Assembly: GCA_038227875.1 (NCBI GenBank)
Contig: JBBRPR010000100.1
Location: 1-19,234 of the forward strand
Direction: 5' to 3'
Origin: Planctomycetota bacterium
Lineage (GTDB): Bacteria; Planctomycetota; SZUA-567; H5-PLA8
Length of the DNA: 19,234 nt
The notes under the pieces were generated by a model. That model did no database searches, had not been told where the DNA came from, and saw only the letters and a program-made list of their open reading frames with translations. The position numbers were made by a program, and so were the translations under genes. Of the stretch, positions 1 to 8,792 are shown in pieces; within the stretch, counting starts at the first letter, position 1, and each line of letters begins with the position of its first letter.

Positions 1-98
1 ACAATCTGATTCTATTCCCGCTGCGGCACCGTCACGCGATTCATAACGCCATATATTTTGAGAATCAATCCGCGCCGTTCACACTTTCCCGCGCCGAT

Positions 99-473
99 TT
101 ATCTGAGACTCACAACGCTGAAGTACGTGATTCCCGACAACGTCGCCACGTCGCCTTCTACTGAGAAGTGAACACCGCTATGAAGCGTTCCCAGTTCGTG
201 GGCAATCGAGGCCAGAAGGCTTCGGATTTTCACCGGTCCTAGTTCGGGTTCCACGTCCCGTGTCAGGCTTGAAGCCCGGCTCACAAAGCGTTCGAGGTAG
301 TCCAGATCGGACTCGATATGGGTGAGGAGCGGCGATGGTTCGGACTGCCGGGAGGTCAGGATCTGGACATGGCTCTGAAGCGGTTGCAGTACATTGCGTA
401 ATTGGTGAAGAAGCGTGCTTGCGCATACGCTAATTTCATCCGCCTGGGGGGCGAGTCGCTTGCGCGGTTTCAT
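99..473 (-). pseudogene. Truncated histidine kinase (HisKA/DHp part only), fourth gene of the phc-like operon
   Basis: Starts 12 nt after the stop of the 486..1688 gene. Has an H-box LLHQLRN and a DHp-like second helix, then the start of a CA domain (VHFSVEGD). Stops before any N, G1 or G2 box. A shifted frame reads VVGNHVLQR and also stops soon after. Confidence 0.55.
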
Positions 474-485
474 GCGATTCCGTTC

Positions 486-1688
486 TTAACTGTCTTCGCG
501 TTCAAAACGGAGCAACAATTTTTCCATGGCGTTCTGCTCCAACGGGGCGCGTTTGGAGGAGAGCGGATTGAACGGGATGCGGACGAGAAAACCGGCCTGC
601 CCGTTCTTGCTAATTGAGATGTCGCCGCCGTGATGGTGCGCGATGAAGAACGCCGCGAGCAATTCAAGTCCGAGGTCCGTCGGGTCGTCTTCGGCCGGGG
701 CAAACGCGGTGAAGATGGAGGCCACCACCTTTTCGTCCCAAGCCGGACCGTTGGTGCTGATCCGAAGTTCGAAACCAGGAGCGCTCCAGACATCAGGCAC
801 GGCCGTGATGTTGAGCTGCAGTGACTTTGAATTGCTCAGCCTGGCGGCGCGTTTCAACAGAATGGCCAGCATCCGCGGCAGCATGTCGCTGTCGCAGGCA
901 ATTTCACCTATGGGGATGGAGCCCTGAACGGTAACGTCGCCGGAGAGGTGTGGTTTAAGCAGCTCTGCAATGGAGAGTTTGCCGCCGAAATTGTAAGACG
1001 GTGCGACGGTGGCATCGGCGACGTGCTGTACGAGCTGCAAAATGCGGTGGTTCTCCTGCAGCGCAAGCGACCACATGTCCTTCCAGAACTCAGGATTCTT
1101 CAACGCCGAATCGGACACCTCCTGGCGCAGTTTGCTGGGAGCCAGCTCCAGAAATGTTGACAGGGCGGACGTCGAATTGCGGATCTGGTGCGCCAGTCCC
1201 GTGGCCAACACAGAGAGACTGTGGACGCGGTCGGCCACGATGATCCGCTGCAATACGCTGAGTTTTTCGCGAAGCAATAAATTCCGCTCGTGTTGGACGG
1301 TAAAATAGTCCATGGCTCGGAGCAGTACGCCGCGCAGATCGCGAACATTCCAGGGTTTGACAATATATTTATAAATCGCGCCAGCGTTCACTGCTTCAAT
1401 GGCGCTATCCATGTCGGCGTAAGCGGTGGTCAGAATTCGAACAATTTCCGGGCGATCCTGCCGAATTCGCTCCAACAGATTGACACCGGTTTTTCCAGGC
1501 ATGCGCTGGTCGGTGATCAACACGCCGATCCGGGAGCCGTCGGTTTCAATAAGTCCTAAGGCATCGTCAACGTTGGTCGCAGTGAGTATGTTAAAATCGG
1601 CTTCGTAGGCAAGTACGAAGTATTTTAGGGCCTGTTCTTCGTCGTCGACATATAGAATCTTGAAGTCACTGTACTTTTTAGTGCTCAT
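486..1688 (-). CDS. PhcR-like hybrid protein: N-terminal receiver + HisKA + degenerate HATPase
   Basis: REC motifs ILYVDDE, LITDQRMP, LTTAY, YIVKPW. H-box LAHQIRN. Degenerate ATP-binding boxes: LLKRA at N, TNGPAW at G1, IFTAF at F, DLGLEL at G2. ATGA overlap with the upstream sensor at 1685-1688. Confidence 0.88.
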   Translation of the reverse strand: MSTKKYSDFKILYVDDEEQALKYFVLAYEADFNILTATNVDDALGLIETDGSRIGVLITDQRMPGKTGVNLLERIRQDRPEIVRILTTAYADMDSAIEAVNAGAIYKYIVKPWNVRDLRGVLLRAMDYFTVQHERNLLLREKLSVLQRIIVADRVHSLSVLATGLAHQIRNSTSALSTFLELAPSKLRQEVSDSALKNPEFWKDMWSLALQENHRILQLVQHVADATVAPSYNFGGKLSIAELLKPHLSGDVTVQGSIPIGEIACDSDMLPRMLAILLKRAARLSNSKSLQLNITAVPDVWSAPGFELRISTNGPAWDEKVVASIFTAFAPAEDDPTDLGLELLAAFFIAHHHGGDISISKNGQAGFLVRIPFNPLSSKRAPLEQNAMEKLLLRFEREDS

Positions 1689-4255
1689 TGCCGTACCCCC
1701 GCTTCGGACATTGCCAGATCAAAGGAGACTTCCGTCCACTGGCCAGGCTCGCTTTTTACAATCAATTCGGAGCCATGGTTTTTGATGATAGTGTGACAGA
1801 CACTTAAACCCAACCCCATTCCCTCTCCCACGCCTTTAGTGGTGTAAAACGGATCAAAGATTCGAGGAAGGATTGCTTGATCGATGCCAATCCCATTGTC
1901 GCGCACTTTGATTGTTGCTTTCTCGCCAATGGGTGTGATTTCAATCCGAATTTCAGGATCCGCGGGTTTGCGTTTGTTCACGGCCCAAATGGCGTTCAGG
2001 ATCAGGTTGACAAAAACCTGGGTCAGTTGGGTTTTGGAGCCAAAGACAACCTCGTTACTCTGGGGCTCGACCAGGCGGATATTCTTGAATTCGTGCGACG
2101 TCAGGCGCTTGGCCGATTTGATGACATCGGCTAGGGCGACGTCTCGCATTTTGACGTTCTTTTCCGGGTAGGCGAACGCACGGAGATCGGTGACGATGTC
2201 GTTGATGCGCAGCATGCCGTTTTCAATATCGTCGAGCGTCTCTTTGAGCTTGGGATCGCTTTCAGGCGCGGAGTTTTTAGCCAGTTGGATGGCCATCATC
2301 ATGAAGTTCAAGGGATTGAAGATTTCATGCAGGAGTCCGGCGGACAAACCACTGATTGCATTTATCTTTTCACTTTGAATCAGTTGGGACTCGGTTTCCT
2401 TCAATTGGGTTAAGGCCCGCTCCAGATCGGAATTGCGCGTCTTTAATTGACGATCCAGTCGCGAGGCGGCGAGTAGATTCTCGAGGCGGGTGGTCAGTTC
2501 AAGCGTGCTGAACGGTTTGGTCAAAAAATCATCGGCACCGCGCTCCAACGCCGAGAGGCGGGAGCGTTCGTCACCGCGGGCTGTCAGCAGCACCACGCGA
2601 ATATGCCGGGTCTCATCGGAGGATTTCAAATTCTGACAAATATCCAGTCCGTTCATTTCCGGCAGCATCAGGTCGACCAGCACCAGATCAGGTTTTCGAG
2701 CGAGGGCGAGTTCCAGTCCGCGGCGCCCGTCACTGGCTTGAAGCACACGAAATTTTTTCTCCAGCGAAGACACCAAAAACCGGCGCATATCAGGTTCGTC
2801 TTCGATGACCAGGAGCGTGAATTCCCCACTGCCGGTTTCCGATGTTGCCGGCACTTCAGTTGGAACGGACAAGAAGCGGTCCGAACGGCGGTAGATGTCG
2901 GAGATCGGATCATCGGGTGACTCGGGCGCTGGGGTGGGATTGGCCTGCGTCTGCGACAGTGCCGCCAGCGGCAGTTCCAGTGTGAAGGTCGTACCCTTGC
3001 CCACGGTGCTGCATGCGGATAGCTGTCCTCCCTGTTCCTGAACCAGCTCCTTGGCGATGGTCAGGCCAATTCCCGCGCCCTGGTGTTTGCGCGTGGCCGA
3101 CCCGTCCACCTGTCTGAATCGATCGAAAACGTAGGGCAGTTCCTTTTCGGGAATACCTACGCCGGTGTCTTCAAATTCGATGGAGGCGTTGGCCCCCTTG
3201 CTCGACCAGCGCACCTCAATCGTCCCGCCGGAGGGCGTGAATTTAAGCGCGTTGGTGAGAATGTTCAGGATCACTTTTTCCAATCGCCCGCTGTCACCGA
3301 AAACCTCCAGCGGTGTTCCAAGAACGTTCGATTTGATCTTAAGGCCTTTCATGACGGCCAGATGGCGCACCGAATCGACCATCGCCGGAACGAAGGCGTC
3401 GAGATTGATGCGTTCACGCTTGATCTGCGAACGCCCGTCCTGCAGCCGGACCAGCTCCAGCAGGTCGCTGATGAGCTTGAGCAGCCGCAATGAGTTGTCA
3501 CGGATCAACACCAGGGATTCACGAGCCGTGCCGGAAACGTCGTCGTTGCGAAGGATTTCATCGATCGGTGCGATGATCAGTGTCAGGGGCGTGCGGAATT
3601 CGTGGCTGATATTGGCAAAGAACTCCGATTTCAGCCGGTCGGCCTCCGCCAGGTCCTTGTTGCGCTGGTCCAGTTCATGCCTAAGTCGAAAGTCGTCGAA
3701 GCGAGACCGTGACGTAAAGAACGAGGAGACGACGCAGATGATGTCCGTGAGGATGATAAAGTAGACGTTGTTAAAGAGCTCACCGAGATGTCCGGAAATC
3801 GAACCGTGGAGCAAACAGGCGCAGAGATAGGCGCCAAGGGTGACCACGCAGGTGAACAGCGTTTCGCCAAACGTCCACGGCGACAACACCGCCACGGCCA
3901 AGATGGACATATTCAGGCCGGCATAATAGGGAGAGCTTACGCCTTGGGCGCGATAGATCATGAAGGCAATGGCAAATTGAACGGTCAGGGCCCAACTGAT
4001 GGCCAGAGGGCGAATGTGATTCCGGCCGATTTCTGAAAAGTGAAGCGCTAGAATCGAACCCAGGACCACGGCGGAGATGAGTCGAACTGTGAAGAACTCC
4101 CCGATGCGATCCGGGTAAACGAAGTAGTCCAGGCTAATTCCCGCGGGCATCAAGACGAAGGCGAGGATGTTGCCAATCTTGGAATACCGCACACGAAGCT
4201 CCGCATCGGCCTTGGAGTATGCATCGGCGATGACGGAAGGGGCGATCGTGCTCAT
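1685..4255 (-). CDS. Membrane hybrid sensor kinase in PhcS position: ~6 TM + HisKA-HATPase + REC + second HisKA-HATPase
   Basis: Hydrophobic N-terminal ~180 aa. Kinase 1: SHEFRTPL, NILTNALKF, DTGVGI, FDRF, GAGIGL. REC: VIEDE, VDLMLP, LLTA, TKPF. Kinase 2: LHEIFNPL, NLILNA, DNGIGI, FDPFYTTK, GMGLGL. ATGA overlaps at both ends. Confidence 0.93.
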   Translation of the reverse strand: MSTIAPSVIADAYSKADAELRVRYSKIGNILAFVLMPAGISLDYFVYPDRIGEFFTVRLISAVVLGSILALHFSEIGRNHIRPLAISWALTVQFAIAFMIYRAQGVSSPYYAGLNMSILAVAVLSPWTFGETLFTCVVTLGAYLCACLLHGSISGHLGELFNNVYFIILTDIICVVSSFFTSRSRFDDFRLRHELDQRNKDLAEADRLKSEFFANISHEFRTPLTLIIAPIDEILRNDDVSGTARESLVLIRDNSLRLLKLISDLLELVRLQDGRSQIKRERINLDAFVPAMVDSVRHLAVMKGLKIKSNVLGTPLEVFGDSGRLEKVILNILTNALKFTPSGGTIEVRWSSKGANASIEFEDTGVGIPEKELPYVFDRFRQVDGSATRKHQGAGIGLTIAKELVQEQGGQLSACSTVGKGTTFTLELPLAALSQTQANPTPAPESPDDPISDIYRRSDRFLSVPTEVPATSETGSGEFTLLVIEDEPDMRRFLVSSLEKKFRVLQASDGRRGLELALARKPDLVLVDLMLPEMNGLDICQNLKSSDETRHIRVVLLTARGDERSRLSALERGADDFLTKPFSTLELTTRLENLLAASRLDRQLKTRNSDLERALTQLKETESQLIQSEKINAISGLSAGLLHEIFNPLNFMMMAIQLAKNSAPESDPKLKETLDDIENGMLRINDIVTDLRAFAYPEKNVKMRDVALADVIKSAKRLTSHEFKNIRLVEPQSNEVVFGSKTQLTQVFVNLILNAIWAVNKRKPADPEIRIEITPIGEKATIKVRDNGIGIDQAILPRIFDPFYTTKGVGEGMGLGLSVCHTIIKNHGSELIVKSEPGQWTEVSFDLAMSEAGVRQ

Positions 4256-5667
4256 CCGGCGTGCTCCGCACCGGGCGCCTTGCGGATTTCCAGGAAGACA
4301 TTCACGCCAGTGGAATCGGTCCTGACGATCCGCTCCACGGAATCAGCGGGTGAAAGCGACTGCATACCCGCCTCGTCGCGATAGATGAGGTGCCATTCAA
4401 GCAGGTGTTCCATATAGTAACGCACAGGATTGTTCTTATGCACATTCGTCGCCGCGACCAATCCCCCCGGGGTGGTCCAGTTGTAGAAAAGCTGCACGAG
4501 GCGCTTGCAGGTCTTATTCGAAAGATAGTCGAACAAACCGGCGCAATAAACAAGATCATATTTGGACGGTTGGGTTTCGCGGATCCCCGCGGCTTCTTTC
4601 AGCAGGTCGTCAACCGATTTGTGTATAAAAGTAATATTTAATTTACGGTTGGCCGCACGCTCCGCATCCGCAATCTTCAACTTTGTATAATTTAATGTCT
4701 CTTCATTAAAATCGAGCAATTCCAACGTACATTGTGAACTCAGCGGATTGTGTATAAATTGTTGGACTTCGACGGCAGGCCCGCATCCGACATTTAGTAT
4801 GGAAAGCTGCCGCGACTGTGACGCGGCCCGGGCGGATTCCTTTTCCAGTATTTCCTTTAGCATTTCGATGCGATTGCGATGGGCCGCCGCAGGCGCGGTA
4901 TTGATATTAAATGAATTCACAACCTTCGCGTACGTGGTTGGGCCTTCCGAGGGGTTGCGCAACATCATATTCACCATCTCGTAGTCGCCAGCATATCCCA
5001 GGGGTTTGGTAAAGGTTCGATGGACAAAGGGGGCGCACAGGATGAGGGGATGAATTTCACGGCGTGCAAAGGAGCGGTGCGCATCGGACTCTTCCAAGGC
5101 TACCGCGCCGGCCTCATGCTCGAAGTTTTCAAACAATTCACGTATCTTGGGCGCCAGTGGTATCTCCACCTCCGCACAAAACTCGTTCTTTAATTCCTGA
5201 GAATCGTCCTGTGCGGGTGTGCTCGATTCAACCTCGACTTGTTCCAGCCAGCGGCTTAGCTCGCCAAGGAAGGAGCGGAGTTTGGTGATGACGACCTGAT
5301 ACGACGGGCGCAGAGCGTGGGTGACTTCCCACTTTTTGACGAAGTCTTCGACCTCGCGTCGGAGTTCGGGCCCGGGCGTCATGCCAGCCAAGTCTGACCA
5401 TGAGTCCACCAATGTTGCCGAGACTATGGTCATCAATCCAGTGGCAATAATATTGCTGACGACTGCGCGCCCCGAATATAAAAATCTTCCCTTCCGAAGA
5501 ATTTGTAACGATTGCAGCACTTCACTCATTTGGACGACGGAGTACGGATTGTAGACTTCGAAGATTACATTAGAGCGGGTAACGTGGATGAGCGTACCGC
5601 GTCCACTGACGTCTCGGGTATTTCGGAAGGAGACAAGGCTATCGGTGTTGTCAATACGATTGTCCAT
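4252..5667 (-). CDS. phcB: PhcB-like class I SAM-dependent methyltransferase (candidate hydroxy-fatty-acid methyl ester signal synthase), 471 aa
   Basis: SAM motifs ILNVGCGP, LLDFN, YDLVYCAGLFDYL, PGG. KPLGYAGDYEM is a motif I associate with PhcB homologues. It lies directly upstream of a sensor kinase and a REC-HisKA gene, the phcBSR order. Start moved to ATG 5667 (AGGGA RBS, promoter just upstream). Confidence 0.75.
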   Translation of the reverse strand: MDNRIDNTDSLVSFRNTRDVSGRGTLIHVTRSNVIFEVYNPYSVVQMSEVLQSLQILRKGRFLYSGRAVVSNIIATGLMTIVSATLVDSWSDLAGMTPGPELRREVEDFVKKWEVTHALRPSYQVVITKLRSFLGELSRWLEQVEVESSTPAQDDSQELKNEFCAEVEIPLAPKIRELFENFEHEAGAVALEESDAHRSFARREIHPLILCAPFVHRTFTKPLGYAGDYEMVNMMLRNPSEGPTTYAKVVNSFNINTAPAAAHRNRIEMLKEILEKESARAASQSRQLSILNVGCGPAVEVQQFIHNPLSSQCTLELLDFNEETLNYTKLKIADAERAANRKLNITFIHKSVDDLLKEAAGIRETQPSKYDLVYCAGLFDYLSNKTCKRLVQLFYNWTTPGGLVAATNVHKNNPVRYYMEHLLEWHLIYRDEAGMQSLSPADSVERIVRTDSTGVNVFLEIRKAPGAEHAG

Positions 5668-5688
5668 GGTGTCCCTGTGTGTTAGAGG

Positions 5689-5717
5689 ATTATAGTACAC
5701 CTTGCAAGTGGGTTCAA
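5689..5717 (-). promoter_or_regulatory. Sigma70-type promoter of the phcB-like operon
   Basis: Minus strand TTGAAC (5717-5712), a 17-nt spacer, then TATAAT (5694-5689), ending 21 nt before the ATG at 5667. Confidence 0.7.
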
Positions 5718-5776
5718 CTCTGTACAAGCTTGAAAAGTGGGTTAAGGTCGAATTACACACGAATATTGAGGTAGTT

Positions 5777-6898
5777 GTGACTACTGGTGATCAAAACGAG
5801 AAGAAGTTGCCGGAAGAATCTTTCAACCTGGAACGGTTGGCGCTGATGGGCGAAATGCTGCCGGAGGTGGCGCATGAGATCCGGAACCTGATGCAGGTGG
5901 TGACGGGTTTCATTCAGGTCGAGTTGAGTCAGAACACGTTCAGCCCCACCACGCAGCGGCGGCTACAACGTTCATATGAGCACGCCATGTTTGCCAGCGA
6001 ATTGACGGGCAGCCTGTTGAGATTTGTTCGTCCACACTCGGAGGAATTCGGAGATCCTGGGGAGGCCGTGAAAGTCGTGGTGGATCTGTTTCGATCTCTG
6101 CATAGACAGGGAACCGCGATTCAACTGGAGATGCAGGGTCCACGCAGTTCGGTAGTGCTCCCCACCGGATACCTGCAGCTGATCTTCGCCAATATTGTGA
6201 AGAACGCTCTTGATGCATTGGAAAATGCGGACAAACCGCAAATCTCAATTCGGGTAAATACGGACATTGATCCCGTACAAATTTGTATATCTAATTCCGG
6301 TCCGCATATTTCTGAGAGCGTGTTGGCCCACCTGTTTTCAAAATATTCAACTAGCAAGCCGTCGGCTCGCGGTACCGGGTTAGGTTTGCATATTGCAGCC
6401 AAGCTAGTGGCCGAGGCTGGGGGTCAAATCCTGGCGGAGAATGTGGCCACCGGCGGAGTGAAATTTGAAATTTCGCTTCGAAAGGCGAGTCAACCTTCCA
6501 TCAACCGCGCGCCCCAATCCCTGGAAACGCGGATGGAGGGTGCGCGCATTATGCTGGTGGACGATGATCAACTTGTAAGAGAAGTGCTGCAGCTCATGAT
6601 CGTGGAATCGGGCGGACACGTAGTGCGGACGTGTGGATCGGGGCAGGAGGCGCTACAAGCGGTGGCGTCAACAGACTTCGATGCGCTCTTGCTCGATCTC
6701 CGCATGAAAGGCCTCTCCGGCCGTGAGGTCTTTGCTCAACTGGATGCCGGTTATCAGAAGAAGGTGATCTTCATAACGGGCGACAATCTTGATAAGTCCG
6801 CGCAGAACTTCTTGAAGGGTACGGGTCAACCGGTGCTGCTCAAGCCGCTGAAAATAGCCGCAATTGTCCAAGCTGTGCAACGGGTTCATGGCATTTAA
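5777..6898 (+). CDS. Soluble hybrid histidine kinase (HisKA-HATPase-REC) with no input domain
   Basis: VAHEIRN, NIVKNA, NSGPHI, LFSKYSTSK, GTGLGL. C-terminal REC with LVDDD, LLDLRM, FITG, LKP. Start moved to GTG 5777 (GAGG upstream), which removes the overlap with the divergent gene and promoter. Confidence 0.88.
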   Translation: MTTGDQNEKKLPEESFNLERLALMGEMLPEVAHEIRNLMQVVTGFIQVELSQNTFSPTTQRRLQRSYEHAMFASELTGSLLRFVRPHSEEFGDPGEAVKVVVDLFRSLHRQGTAIQLEMQGPRSSVVLPTGYLQLIFANIVKNALDALENADKPQISIRVNTDIDPVQICISNSGPHISESVLAHLFSKYSTSKPSARGTGLGLHIAAKLVAEAGGQILAENVATGGVKFEISLRKASQPSINRAPQSLETRMEGARIMLVDDDQLVREVLQLMIVESGGHVVRTCGSGQEALQAVASTDFDALLLDLRMKGLSGREVFAQLDAGYQKKVIFITGDNLDKSAQNFLKGTGQPVLLKPLKIAAIVQAVQRVHGI

Positions 6899-7260
6899 TG
6901 AACGTGCCGCGACATCAGGCTTCTGGCGAGGGCGATGAGCTGGGATGGATTATACGGCTTAGCGATAAAGCCGCTGTTTTCGTCCAATTCAAAGGGCGGG
7001 TCTGAATATCCTGAGGTATACAGAACCGGGAGCTCGGGATGCTTCTGGCGTAGGATTTGGGCCAATTCGGTTCCACCCATCTGCGGCATCATCAGGTCTG
7101 CAACGAGCAGACCGATATCGTACCTTTTCAGTTCAAAGATGCGTATAGCCTCCATCGCCCCGCAAGCTGCGATGACGTTCATCTCCGCTGCTTGAAGGAG
7201 ATCCAAAGTAATCCCAAGGACTTCAGCGTTGTCATCGACCAATAGCACGGATGGGTACAT
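6895..7260 (-). CDS. Single-domain response regulator (CheY-like), 121 aa
   Basis: VLLVDDN, VADLMMPQMGG, YTSGY, IAKPY. Start moved to ATG 7260 (GGAG RBS). Stop overlaps the stop of the convergent kinase. Confidence 0.88.
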   Translation of the reverse strand: MYPSVLLVDDNAEVLGITLDLLQAAEMNVIAACGAMEAIRIFELKRYDIGLLVADLMMPQMGGTELAQILRQKHPELPVLYTSGYSDPPFELDENSGFIAKPYNPSQLIALARSLMSRHVH

Positions 7261-7690
7261 AGACACTCCAGTTTTGACTAGTTGGGACCAGCAGTTCCGT
7301 TGCTCATCCTTGGCCTGCGTGGTGAACCTCCACTGGTCTAGGCGCCTCACGGGGAAATCGGGAGTAGGGTCCGGTGTAAGGGTGCTTTCAGCGGGCAGCT
7401 GGCGTATCAGCCCGTTGAAAAAGGCTTCGTCCTCCAATTTCTCCGTGAAACGCCTGGCCGTAATGGCGATTCGCGGCGCAGGGCAGTGTTTATCAACGGG
7501 CTGCAATGCGCAAATTTCATGCACTTACGATTTGTGACAATCTGCCCACGTGAATCGAACGGGATCGTTGCACTCGAATTGTGCAGCTGCCTCTATATTG
7601 AGCAAATTTCATCGGAACTTTTCGCCTGATTCTTCGAATTACATTGGCTTGTTATTTGTTGTAAAAACCCGCAAGAGGGTTGCACTTTCA

Positions 7691-8068
7691 ATGAAGCAGA
7701 AAATACACGTACTCGTCTGTGATCAAGATGTGCAGACGCGGGAGTTCGTCCTGAAGTTACTGACTGCCGCCGGGTATATCGTACATGTGTTTGAAGGCAC
7801 GGAATCGCTGGACGCGATGGCCAGCCATCCCGTCGAATTGGCGCTAGTCGATGTGGTCGATCCGGAAAGCGACGGATTTTACCTGGTGGATGGCCTGCGG
7901 TTGGGTGGAATGCGAGGACCGATTGTGTTTATGTCGGCAGCCATCACCGCACATCTCAAAACTGAAATGTCCAACTTTTCAAATATACGCGGAATCCTGC
8001 AGAAGCCATTGGTAGCCCGAGAGCTCCTTCAAAAAGTGGGCAGCATCCTGGAACTTCAAGAGGTCTAA
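7691..8068 (+). CDS. Single-domain, somewhat atypical response regulator, 125 aa
   Basis: VLVCDQD, ALVDVVDP, DG, VFMSA, LQKP. Start moved to ATG 7691. Confidence 0.8.
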   Translation: MKQKIHVLVCDQDVQTREFVLKLLTAAGYIVHVFEGTESLDAMASHPVELALVDVVDPESDGFYLVDGLRLGGMRGPIVFMSAAITAHLKTEMSNFSNIRGILQKPLVARELLQKVGSILELQEV

Positions 8069-8077
8069 CTAACAGCG

Positions 8078-8106
8078 TTGACTATCTGTTCCAACTCGTG
8101 TATTTA
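8078..8106 (+). promoter_or_regulatory. Possible sigma70 promoter for the HTH gene
   Basis: TTGACT (8078-8083), a 17-nt spacer, then TATTTA (8101-8106). The -10 box is imperfect. Confidence 0.3.
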
Positions 8107-8152
8107 ATTCGCAACACGACCTTTAACCACTGATTTGGGCTTGAATATCACC

Positions 8153-8449
8153 ATGGACAAAGTTGACGTTTTGAAAGTGTCGAATCGAACGGGAATTGCC
8201 GCTGAACAGATCGTTAGATGGCACGTTCACGAAGGACCGCTTTATGTGTCCAAAAATCCCGGCCGCCCCAAGGGGAAGACGCCGCGACCACCGGGGTTCA
8301 TCTCCATTGGCGATGCCGTTAGGAAGTACCACGTCAAGGCCGACCGGATCCGTCAATGGCGAGCCGAAGGTCTGCCGACGGTAAACGTGGGCCGGATGAT
8401 CGCGCTTAAAGAGTCACAACTTCGAAAACTCATTAAACCCAAAAAGTGA
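8153..8449 (+). CDS. Small basic DNA-binding protein, MerR/excisionase-like HTH (apparently two HTH units with an AT-hook-like linker)
   Basis: ISIGDAVRKYHVKADRIRQWRAEGLPTVNVGR fits HTH_17/Xis/Nu1-type winged HTH. The N-terminal segment shows a similar pattern, and the linker contains PGRPKG. Start is ATG 8153 or TTG 8135. Confidence 0.7.
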   Translation: MDKVDVLKVSNRTGIAAEQIVRWHVHEGPLYVSKNPGRPKGKTPRPPGFISIGDAVRKYHVKADRIRQWRAEGLPTVNVGRMIALKESQLRKLIKPKK

Positions 8450-8792
8450 ACACCAACGGGGCACAAATTCACTGAACGCCCTGGCTGAATCCACTGCGCT
8501 CATGCCGCCTCCGGTCGAGAGCGGCAAAGACGCAGAGCCTTTATCGCCAAGGATGTTGGAAGTGACCATGAGCGTGTTGCTGTAGACATCGGAGCGGGTA
8601 CTTGGCTTATCGTGAGCCCGGATTACGGGGCATCCCCTCGCAACACGGAATTGCAGGCCGAGGTCAAGGCCATGCTCAGCGGGATGATCGCGAAGTTGCG
8701 GCTGGAGCAGGTGGCCCCGTGAACGGAAGGCGGAGCATTCGCCGGTCAATACGCTTGCGGAGAAGTACACTGCGATCCGGATTCCTCAGGAC

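Noticed and set aside
5668..5776. Longest-ORF starts at 5760 (-) and 5702 (+); likewise 7524 (-) and 7550 (+)
   Set aside because: The extensions overlap each other or the promoter and lack domain content. Internal starts with RBS-like sites fit better.
7386..7423. Hairpin TTCAGCGGGC...GCCCGTTGAA as a terminator
   Set aside because: No T-tract follows the stem on either strand, and it lies between divergent gene starts.
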